Positions 47,311 through 55,574 of a stretch of 60,558 nt of DNA are shown here, piece after piece (position 1 is the stretch's first letter; each line of letters starts with the position of its first letter). A model generated the notes under the pieces. It was not told where the DNA came from, did not search any database, and saw only the letters and a program-made list of their open reading frames with translations. Position numbers and translations under genes: made by a program. The stretch is from a virus. Lineage: Duplodnaviria > Caudoviricetes. Location of the stretch: positions 1-60,558 of the IMG/VR virus record IMGVR_UViG_3300025808_000004, one strand, 5' to 3'.

Positions 47311-48363
47311 ATGTCTGCAGGAATTGAGATGAATGGCGTCTTCTATCAGAACGTCTACTATATGCCAATGGCCCACGGCATTGGTGCAGACAGCCAAGGT
47401 CGTTATGAAATCAAAGACCCACCAAACTGCGGTTGGTCTCGGGCTTTGGTCATTTGGCCTGACGATGATGACGAGCCTGTTACTGGATCGCGTCGCAGGA
47501 AGAAAACCGCCAAGCGGGTGACCCTGTTCTGTCCGTATACCCTGGAGGCCTATCAGATCACCCCAGCAGCCCGTGAAGTGGCCCATCAAACAGCCTATCC
47601 ATTGACTGAGACTCTCATCTGCGAGCTGGAAAACATCATCAGCCGGAACTGGAAAATATATGCTGGCTTTGGGCACCAGAAAGCCTATGATGTTGCAGCA
47701 CTAGTTCTAACGAAGCTCGGGAAAGCCGTTCCCAACTACATGTCACCGGCATTGGAAAATCTCGAGTATACCGAGGACAATGTGCCCAATCGCCATGGTA
47801 AGCCGGTTGGAGAGGCCCTGCTCCGACCAATCAACCGGGACTCCAAGCGCGGACAGGTTGCGGCCTTCTTCCTGGAAAGCAACAGTGGGTCAATTCGCGA
47901 AGCAATGGCCAAGTTTGATATGTCCCGCTCGGGTGTGCTGACCCACCTCCACGGCCTCAACAAGGATCATGGCTTGGGCTATGTCCTTCAGGGCGACGTG
48001 GCCACCATCATGCTTCCGCCGGAGTGCACGGACCCTCTGGCCGACGAGACGGTTGTCCAAGTTCATACCCAAGCAGTCTCTGCCCAACGAGCAGGCAAAA
48101 CTTGCAAGCCCACTGTCACTGCTTTGCCTGCCAAAGGCAAGCGGCGCGAAGTGGCTCTGCTAATGCTCGAGGAAACAGCCATTGTAGACGTGGCCGAGAA
48201 GGTTGGCTGTTCAGTCAACTCTGTCAGGTCACACCTCCATGACCTGCATACAAAACACGGGTTCGGTTACGGGTTGTCTCCGGACAAGGCACGTGGTAAG
48301 CTGCTCGTGCCGGCTGGATGGACTGCCGACTATGATCCTGAAGACCTTGACCCGCTAGCCTGA
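47311..48363 (+). CDS. protein with two tandem C-terminal wHTH domains, ends DPLA
   Basis: Repeats KRGQVA...SRSGVLTHLHGLNKDHGLGY and KRREVA...SVNSVRSHLHDLHTKHGFGY; GGAG RBS. Confidence 0.7.
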   Translation: MSAGIEMNGVFYQNVYYMPMAHGIGADSQGRYEIKDPPNCGWSRALVIWPDDDDEPVTGSRRRKKTAKRVTLFCPYTLEAYQITPAAREVAHQTAYPLTETLICELENIISRNWKIYAGFGHQKAYDVAALVLTKLGKAVPNYMSPALENLEYTEDNVPNRHGKPVGEALLRPINRDSKRGQVAAFFLESNSGSIREAMAKFDMSRSGVLTHLHGLNKDHGLGYVLQGDVATIMLPPECTDPLADETVVQVHTQAVSAQRAGKTCKPTVTALPAKGKRREVALLMLEETAIVDVAEKVGCSVNSVRSHLHDLHTKHGFGYGLSPDKARGKLLVPAGWTADYDPEDLDPLA

Positions 48364-48372
48364 GGAGCGCAC

Positions 48373-49467
48373 ATGGAATTGTCCAAAGTATCATCGTGGA
48401 TGGAGAGGTATCTTGCTCTCGTCCACCGCTTCAACGCCGACATTATCGGCCTGCCAATTCCCGAGACGCCGACCCGTCTTGGTGAGACCCGCAAAAAATG
48501 GGCGCTCGATGCGCTCAACGAAGAAGTGGGCGAGTTCTTTGCTGCCAAGACTCTCGAAGACGAGGTGGATGCTCTGGTCGATTTGTCCTACTTTGCACTC
48601 GGTCGTCTGATCGAGATGGGTGTGGTTCCCGGTGCCGTCTTCGACGAAGTCCATGAAGCCAACATGCGCAAGCGCCGGGGCGAGCTGTCCAAGCGGCCGA
48701 ACAGTCTTGGCTTCGATGCCATGAAACCCAAGGGATGGACCGGCCCTGATCTGCTTCCCTACCTCGGTCTGGATCGCTCTGACGTTCGTGCGATGTATGA
48801 CGTGAAGTTAGCCGAGCGTGAGCTTGCCGAAGCTGCACAGACGCTCGACGCCGAGCCAGGGGAAGCTGGAAAGCCGAAGTTTCTGATACTCGGCCACGCC
48901 CGGCACGGCAAGGATACCGTGGCGGAAATCCTCCGCGATTGCTACGGCTTCACCTTCACCTCGTCCTCGTTGTTCTGTGCGGAGAAGGTGATTTGGGAAG
49001 CAGTGCACAATCATGGAGATGCACTCGATCGTCACGAGAAAGCAGGCCAACCGGGCATGTCCACGCTGACACTCCACGAAGAGCTTGAGATGATGAAAGG
49101 CCGCGGATACTCGAGTTACACGGAATGCTTCGCTGACCGGGCCAACTTCCGTGCGGCCTGGTTCTCCCTGATCGCTGCCTACTGCTATCCTGACAAAGAA
49201 CAACTAGCCCGTGAAATCTATGCAGAGAATGACATCTATGTTGGCATCCGCAACACCCGTGAACTGAATGCAGTTCTCAACTCGGGGCTGGCAGACGTGT
49301 CCATCTGGGTTGATGCAAAGGAACGCATTGGCCCCGAGCCGCTGAGTTCCTGCACCGTTGAGCCGTGGATGGCTATGTTCACCATCGACAACAACGGGAC
49401 AGCTGAAGACCTTCATCGGAACGTCCACCAGCTGATGTCTACCCTTGGTATTGAAAGGATTGCGTGA
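48373..49467 (+). CDS. fusion of a MazG/PRA-PH-like NTP pyrophosphatase and a dNMP kinase-like P-loop domain
   Basis: N-terminal EEVGEF...EVDALVDL.YF..G...FDEVHEANM.K...KPKGW; C-terminal ILGHARHGKDT, GIRN..E, IDNNGT. Confidence 0.8.
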   Translation: MELSKVSSWMERYLALVHRFNADIIGLPIPETPTRLGETRKKWALDALNEEVGEFFAAKTLEDEVDALVDLSYFALGRLIEMGVVPGAVFDEVHEANMRKRRGELSKRPNSLGFDAMKPKGWTGPDLLPYLGLDRSDVRAMYDVKLAERELAEAAQTLDAEPGEAGKPKFLILGHARHGKDTVAEILRDCYGFTFTSSSLFCAEKVIWEAVHNHGDALDRHEKAGQPGMSTLTLHEELEMMKGRGYSSYTECFADRANFRAAWFSLIAAYCYPDKEQLAREIYAENDIYVGIRNTRELNAVLNSGLADVSIWVDAKERIGPEPLSSCTVEPWMAMFTIDNNGTAEDLHRNVHQLMSTLGIERIA

Positions 49468-50411
49468 TGCAAGCTATGTCATTCCACGAAGTCTACCGAG
49501 GCTTGCTGTTGGAGCTTATGAACCACGGTGTGACCGAGGTGAACGAGCGCACCCACACCAAGATCAGGATGCTCCAAGGCGGCCATTCGTTCAAACTGGA
49601 TTTGTCTGATGGACGTTTGCCTGTTGCGGGTAATCGGCGCTATTACCCACACATTGCAGCAGCGGAAACAGTTTGGCAATTCATGGGCACAAAAGACCCG
49701 GCGTTCATCGTCGGCAAGGCACCTAAGCTCTGGTCGAAGTTCGTGGAGACTGAGACCGTCAAAGAAGATCGGGGCAACGGGCCACACAACGTGGAGCGGA
49801 AGGTTCTCAAGACTGCCTATGGCTGGCGGTGGCGTCATGAGTTCGGGCGCGATCAGCTTGAGCTGGCAATCCACGAACTGAAGACCAATCCGACCAACAG
49901 ACAGTTGTTCATCTCGGCATGGGACCCACGATCTGATGGCCTTGGCGGGGTTCAGCCGAAGAATATTCCCTGCCCCGTCGGGTTTACACTTTCGCGGTTT
50001 ATGAACGACCTGCACATGAACGTCTTCATCCGTTCCAGTGATGTGTTCATCGGCCTGCCCTACGATGTGATGAGCTATGCCCTGACCGCTGATGCGGTTG
50101 CTGCCACCATAGGCCTCCGGCCGAGGACCTTGCACTTCACGCTAGCGCACGCTCACCTCTATGAGCCACACTGGACAATGACTGAAGCCTGTCTTACTGG
50201 CACCAAGCCTGTTTATGCTGGCAAAGCCCGTGACGGGGTAGATGTCAGTAAAGCCTCAACTATCTGGGCGGACAACGTGCAGCTGAACCTCCCGGGCTGG
50301 GATATTCAGGCCATCCTCGACAATCCCGATGGCTATGTCGCCATCGTGAGAACCCTGGCAGGCCGCACGAGCCAGAACGCCTGGGACCCAATGCCCGACG
50401 TAATCGAATGA
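49464..50411 (+). CDS. thymidylate synthase family enzyme, predicted dCMP-specific (methylase/hydroxymethylase)
   Basis: AYG.RWR..FG.DQL, catalytic PC (Cys 49971), RSSDVFIGLPYD with Asp (50064-50066) where ThyA has Asn177, HLY. Confidence 0.85.
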   Translation: MMQAMSFHEVYRGLLLELMNHGVTEVNERTHTKIRMLQGGHSFKLDLSDGRLPVAGNRRYYPHIAAAETVWQFMGTKDPAFIVGKAPKLWSKFVETETVKEDRGNGPHNVERKVLKTAYGWRWRHEFGRDQLELAIHELKTNPTNRQLFISAWDPRSDGLGGVQPKNIPCPVGFTLSRFMNDLHMNVFIRSSDVFIGLPYDVMSYALTADAVAATIGLRPRTLHFTLAHAHLYEPHWTMTEACLTGTKPVYAGKARDGVDVSKASTIWADNVQLNLPGWDIQAILDNPDGYVAIVRTLAGRTSQNAWDPMPDVIE

Positions 50412-50605
50412 CAGTGCTGACGGCAGACACCCATGCTGGCCGCACAGAGCAGCAGGACAAGCTCTGGGCGCAAGGCACTCCCGTTCATAACCATGTGGAC
50501 GGTGAGTGCTGCCTCGACTTTTCGTGCTGCGAACCTGACTTGTTTCAGAAGGATGAAAGCAAGCGGTGGGCCTACTATTATGAAGAGCACGGAAGACTGG
50601 ATTAA
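50408..50605 (+). CDS. small Cys-rich hypothetical protein
   Basis: W..G.PVHN....ECC.DFSCC.P; overlaps both neighbours. Confidence 0.6.
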   Translation: MTVLTADTHAGRTEQQDKLWAQGTPVHNHVDGECCLDFSCCEPDLFQKDESKRWAYYYEEHGRLD

Positions 50606-51180
50606 TGACTTGGATACACCCGACAACCCGTCGTGGCGCATCCACTCGAACTCAGGCGGAGTGTGACTGCCCCACTCCGCCTGTATGCTCAAGGGAGGAG
50701 TATAAAGCGGTGGAAGATCAGACTTCATTCATGTCTAAATGGGATTTGCGCTTTATGGGCTTGGCGGCTCAAGCGCGGTCCTGGACAAAAGGCCTTGGCA
50801 ACGGGGTGATCGACCGAGGTGTCGGGGCGTGCGTCGTCTCGCCTGACAAGAGCCAGTTCTCGCTTGGCTTTGCGGGTTTCCCGAAAGGGATCAAAGATAC
50901 GCCCGAGCGGCTAGCAAACCCTGAATTCCGCGCCTATCACACAGTGCATGCGGAACTGAATGCTATCCTCAACGCGAGGACGTCCTTGATCGGCTGGACT
51001 CTCTACTCGACAGAATGCCCTTGTGCCGAGTGCTCCAATGCAATCGTGCAAGCTGGCATTGTTCGCGTGGTTTCCACCCCGCCGCGCCATTCCTCGAATT
51101 GGCGCCAGTCACAGCTCGAGGGCGCTGACACGCTGCGCGAGGCTGGGATTATCATCAATCGCATGGAGCATTTCCTATGA
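50605..51180 (+). CDS. dCMP deaminase
   Basis: WD.RFM.LA, VGAC, HAELNAILNA, PCAEC...I.QAGI. Confidence 0.9.
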   Translation: MTWIHPTTRRGASTRTQAECDCPTPPVCSREEYKAVEDQTSFMSKWDLRFMGLAAQARSWTKGLGNGVIDRGVGACVVSPDKSQFSLGFAGFPKGIKDTPERLANPEFRAYHTVHAELNAILNARTSLIGWTLYSTECPCAECSNAIVQAGIVRVVSTPPRHSSNWRQSQLEGADTLREAGIIINRMEHFL

Positions 51181-51377
51181 GCCATGATATTAGAGTGGCT
51201 TTCGTGCACGCCCAGTACGTGTGCGGGATAGCTGAAATGGAAGCCATGAAAGCAGCCAATCATGCCCGTGAAAAACAAGATCATTCCCACGCCTATGGCG
51301 AAGACGCCTTCGGGTCTTTGGAAAGTCAATTCATGATCGGGCATAACGCCGTTATCAAATATCTGCGGGACAGGTGA
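51177..51377 (+). CDS. hypothetical protein
   Basis: AEMEAMKAAN..RE......AYGED.F pattern; GGAG RBS. Confidence 0.6.
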   Translation: MSHDIRVAFVHAQYVCGIAEMEAMKAANHAREKQDHSHAYGEDAFGSLESQFMIGHNAVIKYLRDR

Positions 51378-51378
51378 C

Positions 51379-51891
51379 ATGAACCTCATAATGGCGATCA
51401 GCCACAATGGCTATGTAGCGCGCTCTGCAAATGACGACATGTCCTGGACCGGGCCTGTCGACAAAGCGGTGTTCAAACTGCTGACAAGCACGCACCCGGT
51501 TCTTGCCGTTTCGGCTAAGACCTTGGAATATATGCCCAAATCGCTCCCCGGACGTGGCAAGCTCTATGCTTTGTCGACCGACCCACGCAAGGGAGTGAGC
51601 TTGGAAGACATGACCCGCTTCGCTCCAGACGCGTGGTTGCTGGGCGGGCAAGAGATTGCCCTTTATGCATTAAAGAATGGCTTTGTGGCAAAAGCCTATC
51701 TGTGCATTGCTGCAGATACAGACGTGGAGCCTGGGCCTGAGGCCATTCAGGATCGCTTGCGGCCCTACTTCGAAGGCCGGCGCTATGTCAAAGGACGTGG
51801 TTCCTGGTGGGATCAAACCCTGCGAGTGAAGATCGACAGTCTTCTGGTCGAAGTTTGGGAACGCGGGAGTGCCATACATGAGCTGGACTAA
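51379..51891 (+). CDS. dihydrofolate reductase-like protein
   Basis: LIMAISHNGYVA....MSW...DK.VFK.LT, KT...MP..LPGR, LLGG.EI. Confidence 0.8.
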   Translation: MNLIMAISHNGYVARSANDDMSWTGPVDKAVFKLLTSTHPVLAVSAKTLEYMPKSLPGRGKLYALSTDPRKGVSLEDMTRFAPDAWLLGGQEIALYALKNGFVAKAYLCIAADTDVEPGPEAIQDRLRPYFEGRRYVKGRGSWWDQTLRVKIDSLLVEVWERGSAIHELD

Positions 51892-52357
51892 AATAGGCGA
51901 AGCTTGGGCTTTCTTTGAAAAGGCTTTGGCCAGTAATACCAAAGAATGTATTCTCTGGCCGTTTTCACTTCAGCCTACTGGTTATGCTCGTATGAAACGG
52001 CATGGAAAATCCATGTTTGTGCACAGGGCTATTTGTATTGCAGTGCACGGGCCTTGTCCGGAAAATCATGAGACTGCTCACTCTTGTGGAGTTAGGGCGT
52101 GTATAAACCCTAAGCACGTTTCTTGGAAAACAAAACTTAAAAATGCTCAAGATAAGAAGAGGCACGGCACTGATAACTCAGGTCAACGGAATGGACGAGC
52201 CAAGCTTACTTGGGAAATTGTTTCACAAATACGTGCTGCTAGAGGAAAAGAACGCCAAATTGATTTAGCCCACAAATTTGGAGTTAGTATAGGAGTGGTA
52301 TGTAAAATCCAACTTAATCAAATTTGGAAAGAACCCAGTCGTGACGAAAACAGCTGA
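51869..52357 (+). CDS. HNH homing endonuclease
   Basis: CILWP, VHR..C...HG, HSCG...CINPKH..W.T...N..D; C-terminal AKLT HTH; more AT-rich than its neighbours. Confidence 0.85.
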   Translation: MPYMSWTKIGEAWAFFEKALASNTKECILWPFSLQPTGYARMKRHGKSMFVHRAICIAVHGPCPENHETAHSCGVRACINPKHVSWKTKLKNAQDKKRHGTDNSGQRNGRAKLTWEIVSQIRAARGKERQIDLAHKFGVSIGVVCKIQLNQIWKEPSRDENS

Positions 52358-52802
52358 GTCCAATCTGTGGAACTCAATGCGGACAGCCCTGAAAATTTTC
52401 AGAGCTGACCTGCATTACACCCGCATTGAAAACTCCGTATCCGACGGGTTCCCGGACGTGGAAATGCAACTGCTGGTTGATGGAATATCCTATCATGCCA
52501 CAACAGAATTAAAGACAGCACACCGACCAGTACACTCCGAGACTCCGGTTTCTGTCAAGATCAGACCTGGGCAGATACCGTGGCTGAAGAAACGCTGGAA
52601 CGTCAGGGGTTCCGCCTGGCTGCTTCTTCAAGTAGGATCGGGTCATGAACTTGCACGTTATCTGATCCCCGGAAACTTAGCTGGAGAAGTAAGCGAAGGC
52701 CGAACTGAGAAGTGGCTGCTAGATCATTCGGTTTGCAAGCCAAAAGACCCACTTGGTCATATCGCTAGAATAGCATGCACTTGGAGGAGCCATGAAGCCT
52801 GA
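52341..52802 (+). CDS. VRR-NUC / Holliday-junction-resolvase-like PD-(D/E)XK nuclease
   Basis: ES.LW, RIENSV..GFPD, ELK, IRP.Q..W. Confidence 0.75.
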   Translation: MTKTAESNLWNSMRTALKIFRADLHYTRIENSVSDGFPDVEMQLLVDGISYHATTELKTAHRPVHSETPVSVKIRPGQIPWLKKRWNVRGSAWLLLQVGSGHELARYLIPGNLAGEVSEGRTEKWLLDHSVCKPKDPLGHIARIACTWRSHEA

Positions 52803-53130
52803 GCGCAATATAATACCTGGGCTTGGCAGATTTAGCCAATATACCATCGCCCTCTTAAGGCTAGTATATTTGGCTCCTGGCCTAAATCAGAGGGCTTATG
52901 CCCATAAAGCGTTGATGCTCCCGCTTATTGATGCTGAGTTGTTGGTATACAGTTCTAAAAGGACTGGCCAGACCAAGCTCACTCCTAAGGGCCACGCTTT
53001 TCTGCGCCAACACAAGCTAGACCACTTTGGCTTCGAGAAAAGGCACACCGAACAATACCCAACTCAGATGGCCAACAATGCCGCGCTGATGGAAGCAATG
53101 TCTAAGTTCACTGGGCATTATGAGTCATGA
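52792..53130 (+). CDS. hypothetical protein (wHTH-like, LT.KG motif)
   Basis: GGAGG RBS; LIDAELL...KLTPKG. Confidence 0.55.
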   Translation: MKPERNIIPGLGRFSQYTIALLRLVYLAPGLNQRAYAHKALMLPLIDAELLVYSSKRTGQTKLTPKGHAFLRQHKLDHFGFEKRHTEQYPTQMANNAALMEAMSKFTGHYES

Positions 53131-53456
53131 AGATCATAGCCACAATAGCTGGAGCAACTTTCCGTGAGGAAGGAACTGAAATCGTCACTAGCCTGAAACC
53201 AGGCCAACGGTATCGTCTTGAGCGCGAGCCCTCCAATCCACATGACTTGAATGCTGTTCAAATTTGGGTTGACAACTACGTCTATGGGCGACGCGATCCG
53301 AAATCTTATCATCTTGGTTATGTTCCGCGCAAGTGGTCCGGGACTGTCTCGGCGGCACTTGCCAACAACCGCATCCACGTGTGGGCCAAAAAGCCAGACG
53401 CACACTGGGGAACTATATTGATATTGTGGGTTGACATTTCATTTGATCCGCTGTAG
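53127..53456 (+). CDS. HIRAN domain protein, ends FDPL
   Basis: IAG..FR, L.PG....LEREP.NPHD.NAV, LGYVPR. Confidence 0.85.
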   Translation: MKIIATIAGATFREEGTEIVTSLKPGQRYRLEREPSNPHDLNAVQIWVDNYVYGRRDPKSYHLGYVPRKWSGTVSAALANNRIHVWAKKPDAHWGTILILWVDISFDPL

Positions 53457-53459
53457 AGT
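53431..53459 (+). promoter_or_regulatory. sigma70-type promoter
   Basis: TTGACA-17-TAGAGT. Confidence 0.6.
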
Positions 53460-53487
53460 AAATTATATACAGTAGAAAGGAACGTCC

Positions 53488-53949
53488 ATGTATATCTGCT
53501 GCTGCGTCCCCTCGGAACACAACCCCAATGGCATTCACACCATCTTCGAAGTCACTGGTCCAGTCCTTGACCTCTATTTGGCTTCTGTGGCCGCTCCAGG
53601 CAGCCAAGCCAGCACCGACGCTTCGCTGATGACCCTGATGAACGGCGCTGAAGTGCAAAGCCGCCACAGTGACGGCGTTGTCTGGTTCCGTGTCCACACC
53701 CCGATGTGCTACACGCCCAAACCCACTGAGTGCCAAATTACCAAGGCCCGTCTCGGCAACGTCATGTATGATGGCAAAACCCGTCATGGCCCGTGGGCCA
53801 TTATGTGTGAAGCAGCCTGGGAATTGTATGGCTGCGGCAAACTGGGCACTAGCTTCGGGCAGAAGTACCTGCGGAACGAAGCCGGGGAGTTCTATATCTC
53901 CGAGGGTATGTCGTCGCGTCCGTGCCCCTATCGGGTGAGCGCAGCATGA
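53488..53949 (+). CDS. hypothetical phage protein (YDGKT..GPWA.MC...G.G.GQKY motif)
   Basis: AAGGA RBS; recognisable C-terminal motif. Confidence 0.65.
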   Translation: MYICCCVPSEHNPNGIHTIFEVTGPVLDLYLASVAAPGSQASTDASLMTLMNGAEVQSRHSDGVVWFRVHTPMCYTPKPTECQITKARLGNVMYDGKTRHGPWAIMCEAAWELYGCGKLGTSFGQKYLRNEAGEFYISEGMSSRPCPYRVSAA

Positions 53950-54260
53950 GCCTTCAGTTCTATGCCCTCAAAGCCGACAACGGCTGGTATATTCCCCACC
54001 CCCTCGGTCGCAATGGCCGAGGGGGCACGCACGTCGAGTTGGTAGACCCAACCTCGGGTATCGCTCCGCGCCTGTTCAACAACGAGAGCTCTGCTAAAGT
54101 GGCACTGCGCTGGTGGCTTGGTGGGGCGGTGAGTGTCAATCGCTTGGTGTCAGGTGGATTTGATGACGAGTGGAACGATGAAACGTGGCATACAGAGATG
54201 AAGCCTGAGCGGTATCATCACAATGTTCAAGTCGTTTCTGTGAGGATTGAAGGCCTATGA
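53946..54260 (+). CDS. hypothetical protein
   Basis: ATGA overlaps; PRLF....AK.AL.WW..G. Confidence 0.6.
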   Translation: MSLQFYALKADNGWYIPHPLGRNGRGGTHVELVDPTSGIAPRLFNNESSAKVALRWWLGGAVSVNRLVSGGFDDEWNDETWHTEMKPERYHHNVQVVSVRIEGL

Positions 54261-54637
54261 CCCGCATCAACTGTGTTCCTGTCGGGCAGCTTACTCGTCA
54301 ACACCTGGTGGCTGAGTATCGTGAGCTTCCGCGCATCTTTGGTATGGTTCGCGGCCTGATTGAGCGCGGCATTACCAGCCCAAAGCGTGCCGATATTCCG
54401 GTGAGCTATCGCATGGGCACCGGGCACATGAAGTTTTTCACTGACAAACTTGGCTGGCTTGTGCAGCGGCAGAAAATGCTCATACTAGAAATGCAGCGCC
54501 GGGGTTACGCTCCGCAGCGCACCGATCCCGAAAGTCTCCTCGACGGCATCCCGGAGGCATTCCACGGTTCTTGGTCGCCGACCGATAAAGACCTTGAAAT
54601 CTCGTGGGCCCGTATTCAAGAGCGCCTCAATGGCTAA
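54257..54637 (+). CDS. denV: pyrimidine-dimer DNA glycosylase (T4 endonuclease V family)
   Basis: MTRINCVPV..L..QHLVAEYRELPRIF, Y.MGTGHMKFF.DKL..L..R...L..EM..RG. Confidence 0.93.
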   Translation: MTRINCVPVGQLTRQHLVAEYRELPRIFGMVRGLIERGITSPKRADIPVSYRMGTGHMKFFTDKLGWLVQRQKMLILEMQRRGYAPQRTDPESLLDGIPEAFHGSWSPTDKDLEISWARIQERLNG

Positions 54638-54797
54638 ATGGGCCGCTGTGCAGCGCTATGCTAAGGGCTGTGGATACGTTAGTTGCTACGGCTTAGAAAG
54701 CCGTGAAGCAGCAATTGCTTGGCTCCAAAAAAGCTGGAGCTGGGACCGCTGTTTCTATTTGTCACCGTCTTGGGAAATACGGGAACTTAAGAACTAG
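54630..54797 (+). CDS. hypothetical protein
   Basis: Fills the gap between denV and the next gene. Confidence 0.45.
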   Translation: MAKWAAVQRYAKGCGYVSCYGLESREAAIAWLQKSWSWDRCFYLSPSWEIRELKN

Positions 54798-55118
54798 ATG
54801 GCCAATCAAGCTAGCCCTAAATACATCAAGGAGTCCCAAGCAAGGGCTATAACCTACAAAGTTCTTTGCGGGATTGTGAAGCTGTATGGCGAGGCCACCG
54901 TTCCCGAAATACGGGCCAAATATAAATCGATTTCTAAAACTTGGAATTTGCCTTATGACTGGATAACTCACGAAAGTGCTATTGCATATCTCAATCAGGG
55001 CGTGCAGAATGGATTGCTAAGATATGAGCGCCGCAAAAAGGGTGTGGTGACTAATCGACGCATCCATGGTATGGCCGATGGTGCCGGTTACTATATCTGG
55101 ATTGGTAGCGATGAATAG
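54798..55118 (+). CDS. basic hypothetical protein (wHTH-like)
   Basis: Adjacent to the upstream stop; Lys/Arg-rich. Confidence 0.55.
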   Translation: MANQASPKYIKESQARAITYKVLCGIVKLYGEATVPEIRAKYKSISKTWNLPYDWITHESAIAYLNQGVQNGLLRYERRKKGVVTNRRIHGMADGAGYYIWIGSDE

Positions 55119-55121
55119 AGG

Positions 55122-55150
55122 TTGACAGTTATAGCTGTTTCCGCTATATT
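55122..55150 (+). promoter_or_regulatory. sigma70-type promoter
   Basis: TTGACA-17-TATATT. Confidence 0.75.
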
Positions 55151-55178
55151 ATTTATACAGTCACAGAAAGGAAGTAAC

Positions 55179-55574
55179 ATGTCCAACAACCCCCTGAAAA
55201 CGCGGTGTATCTCCACCGACCCGGAAGCCGTCGAACTCGGTTGGAAGCTGAAGCGGATTAATGAAACACACGGGATGCGTCAGCACGCTTTGATGGAAGA
55301 ATATCTGAGCAAGTCGGAAGCACTGACCAAGACGTCTCAGGTGGAACAGTCCGCTGTCTTCAACGAGCTAGCCAACAAAGTTGGCTTGAGCGCTGAAGAC
55401 TATGGTGATGGCGAAGACTGGGCGCTGAATATTGAGCACATAGCTGAGGGCGAAGTCGCTATGGTCCACAAAAGCTACTGGTCCCATGAAGACAACTGCC
55501 AGTGCTCGGTCTGTCAGCTCCGCCGTTCTTTGACAGGTGCACGTGACCTGGAAAAAGCACCTTGGGTGCATTGA
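55179..55574 (+). CDS. hypothetical protein with a C-terminal CxCxxC
   Basis: AAGGA RBS before ATG 55179; HEDNCQCSVC. Confidence 0.65.
   Translation: MSNNPLKTRCISTDPEAVELGWKLKRINETHGMRQHALMEEYLSKSEALTKTSQVEQSAVFNELANKVGLSAEDYGDGEDWALNIEHIAEGEVAMVHKSYWSHEDNCQCSVCQLRRSLTGARDLEKAPWVH

Noticed and set aside
49464-50411. Canonical thyA or dUMP hydroxymethylase (5-hmdU pathway)
   Set aside because: The specificity residue is Asp rather than Asn, and no 5-hmdU DNA kinase or hypermodification genes were recognised
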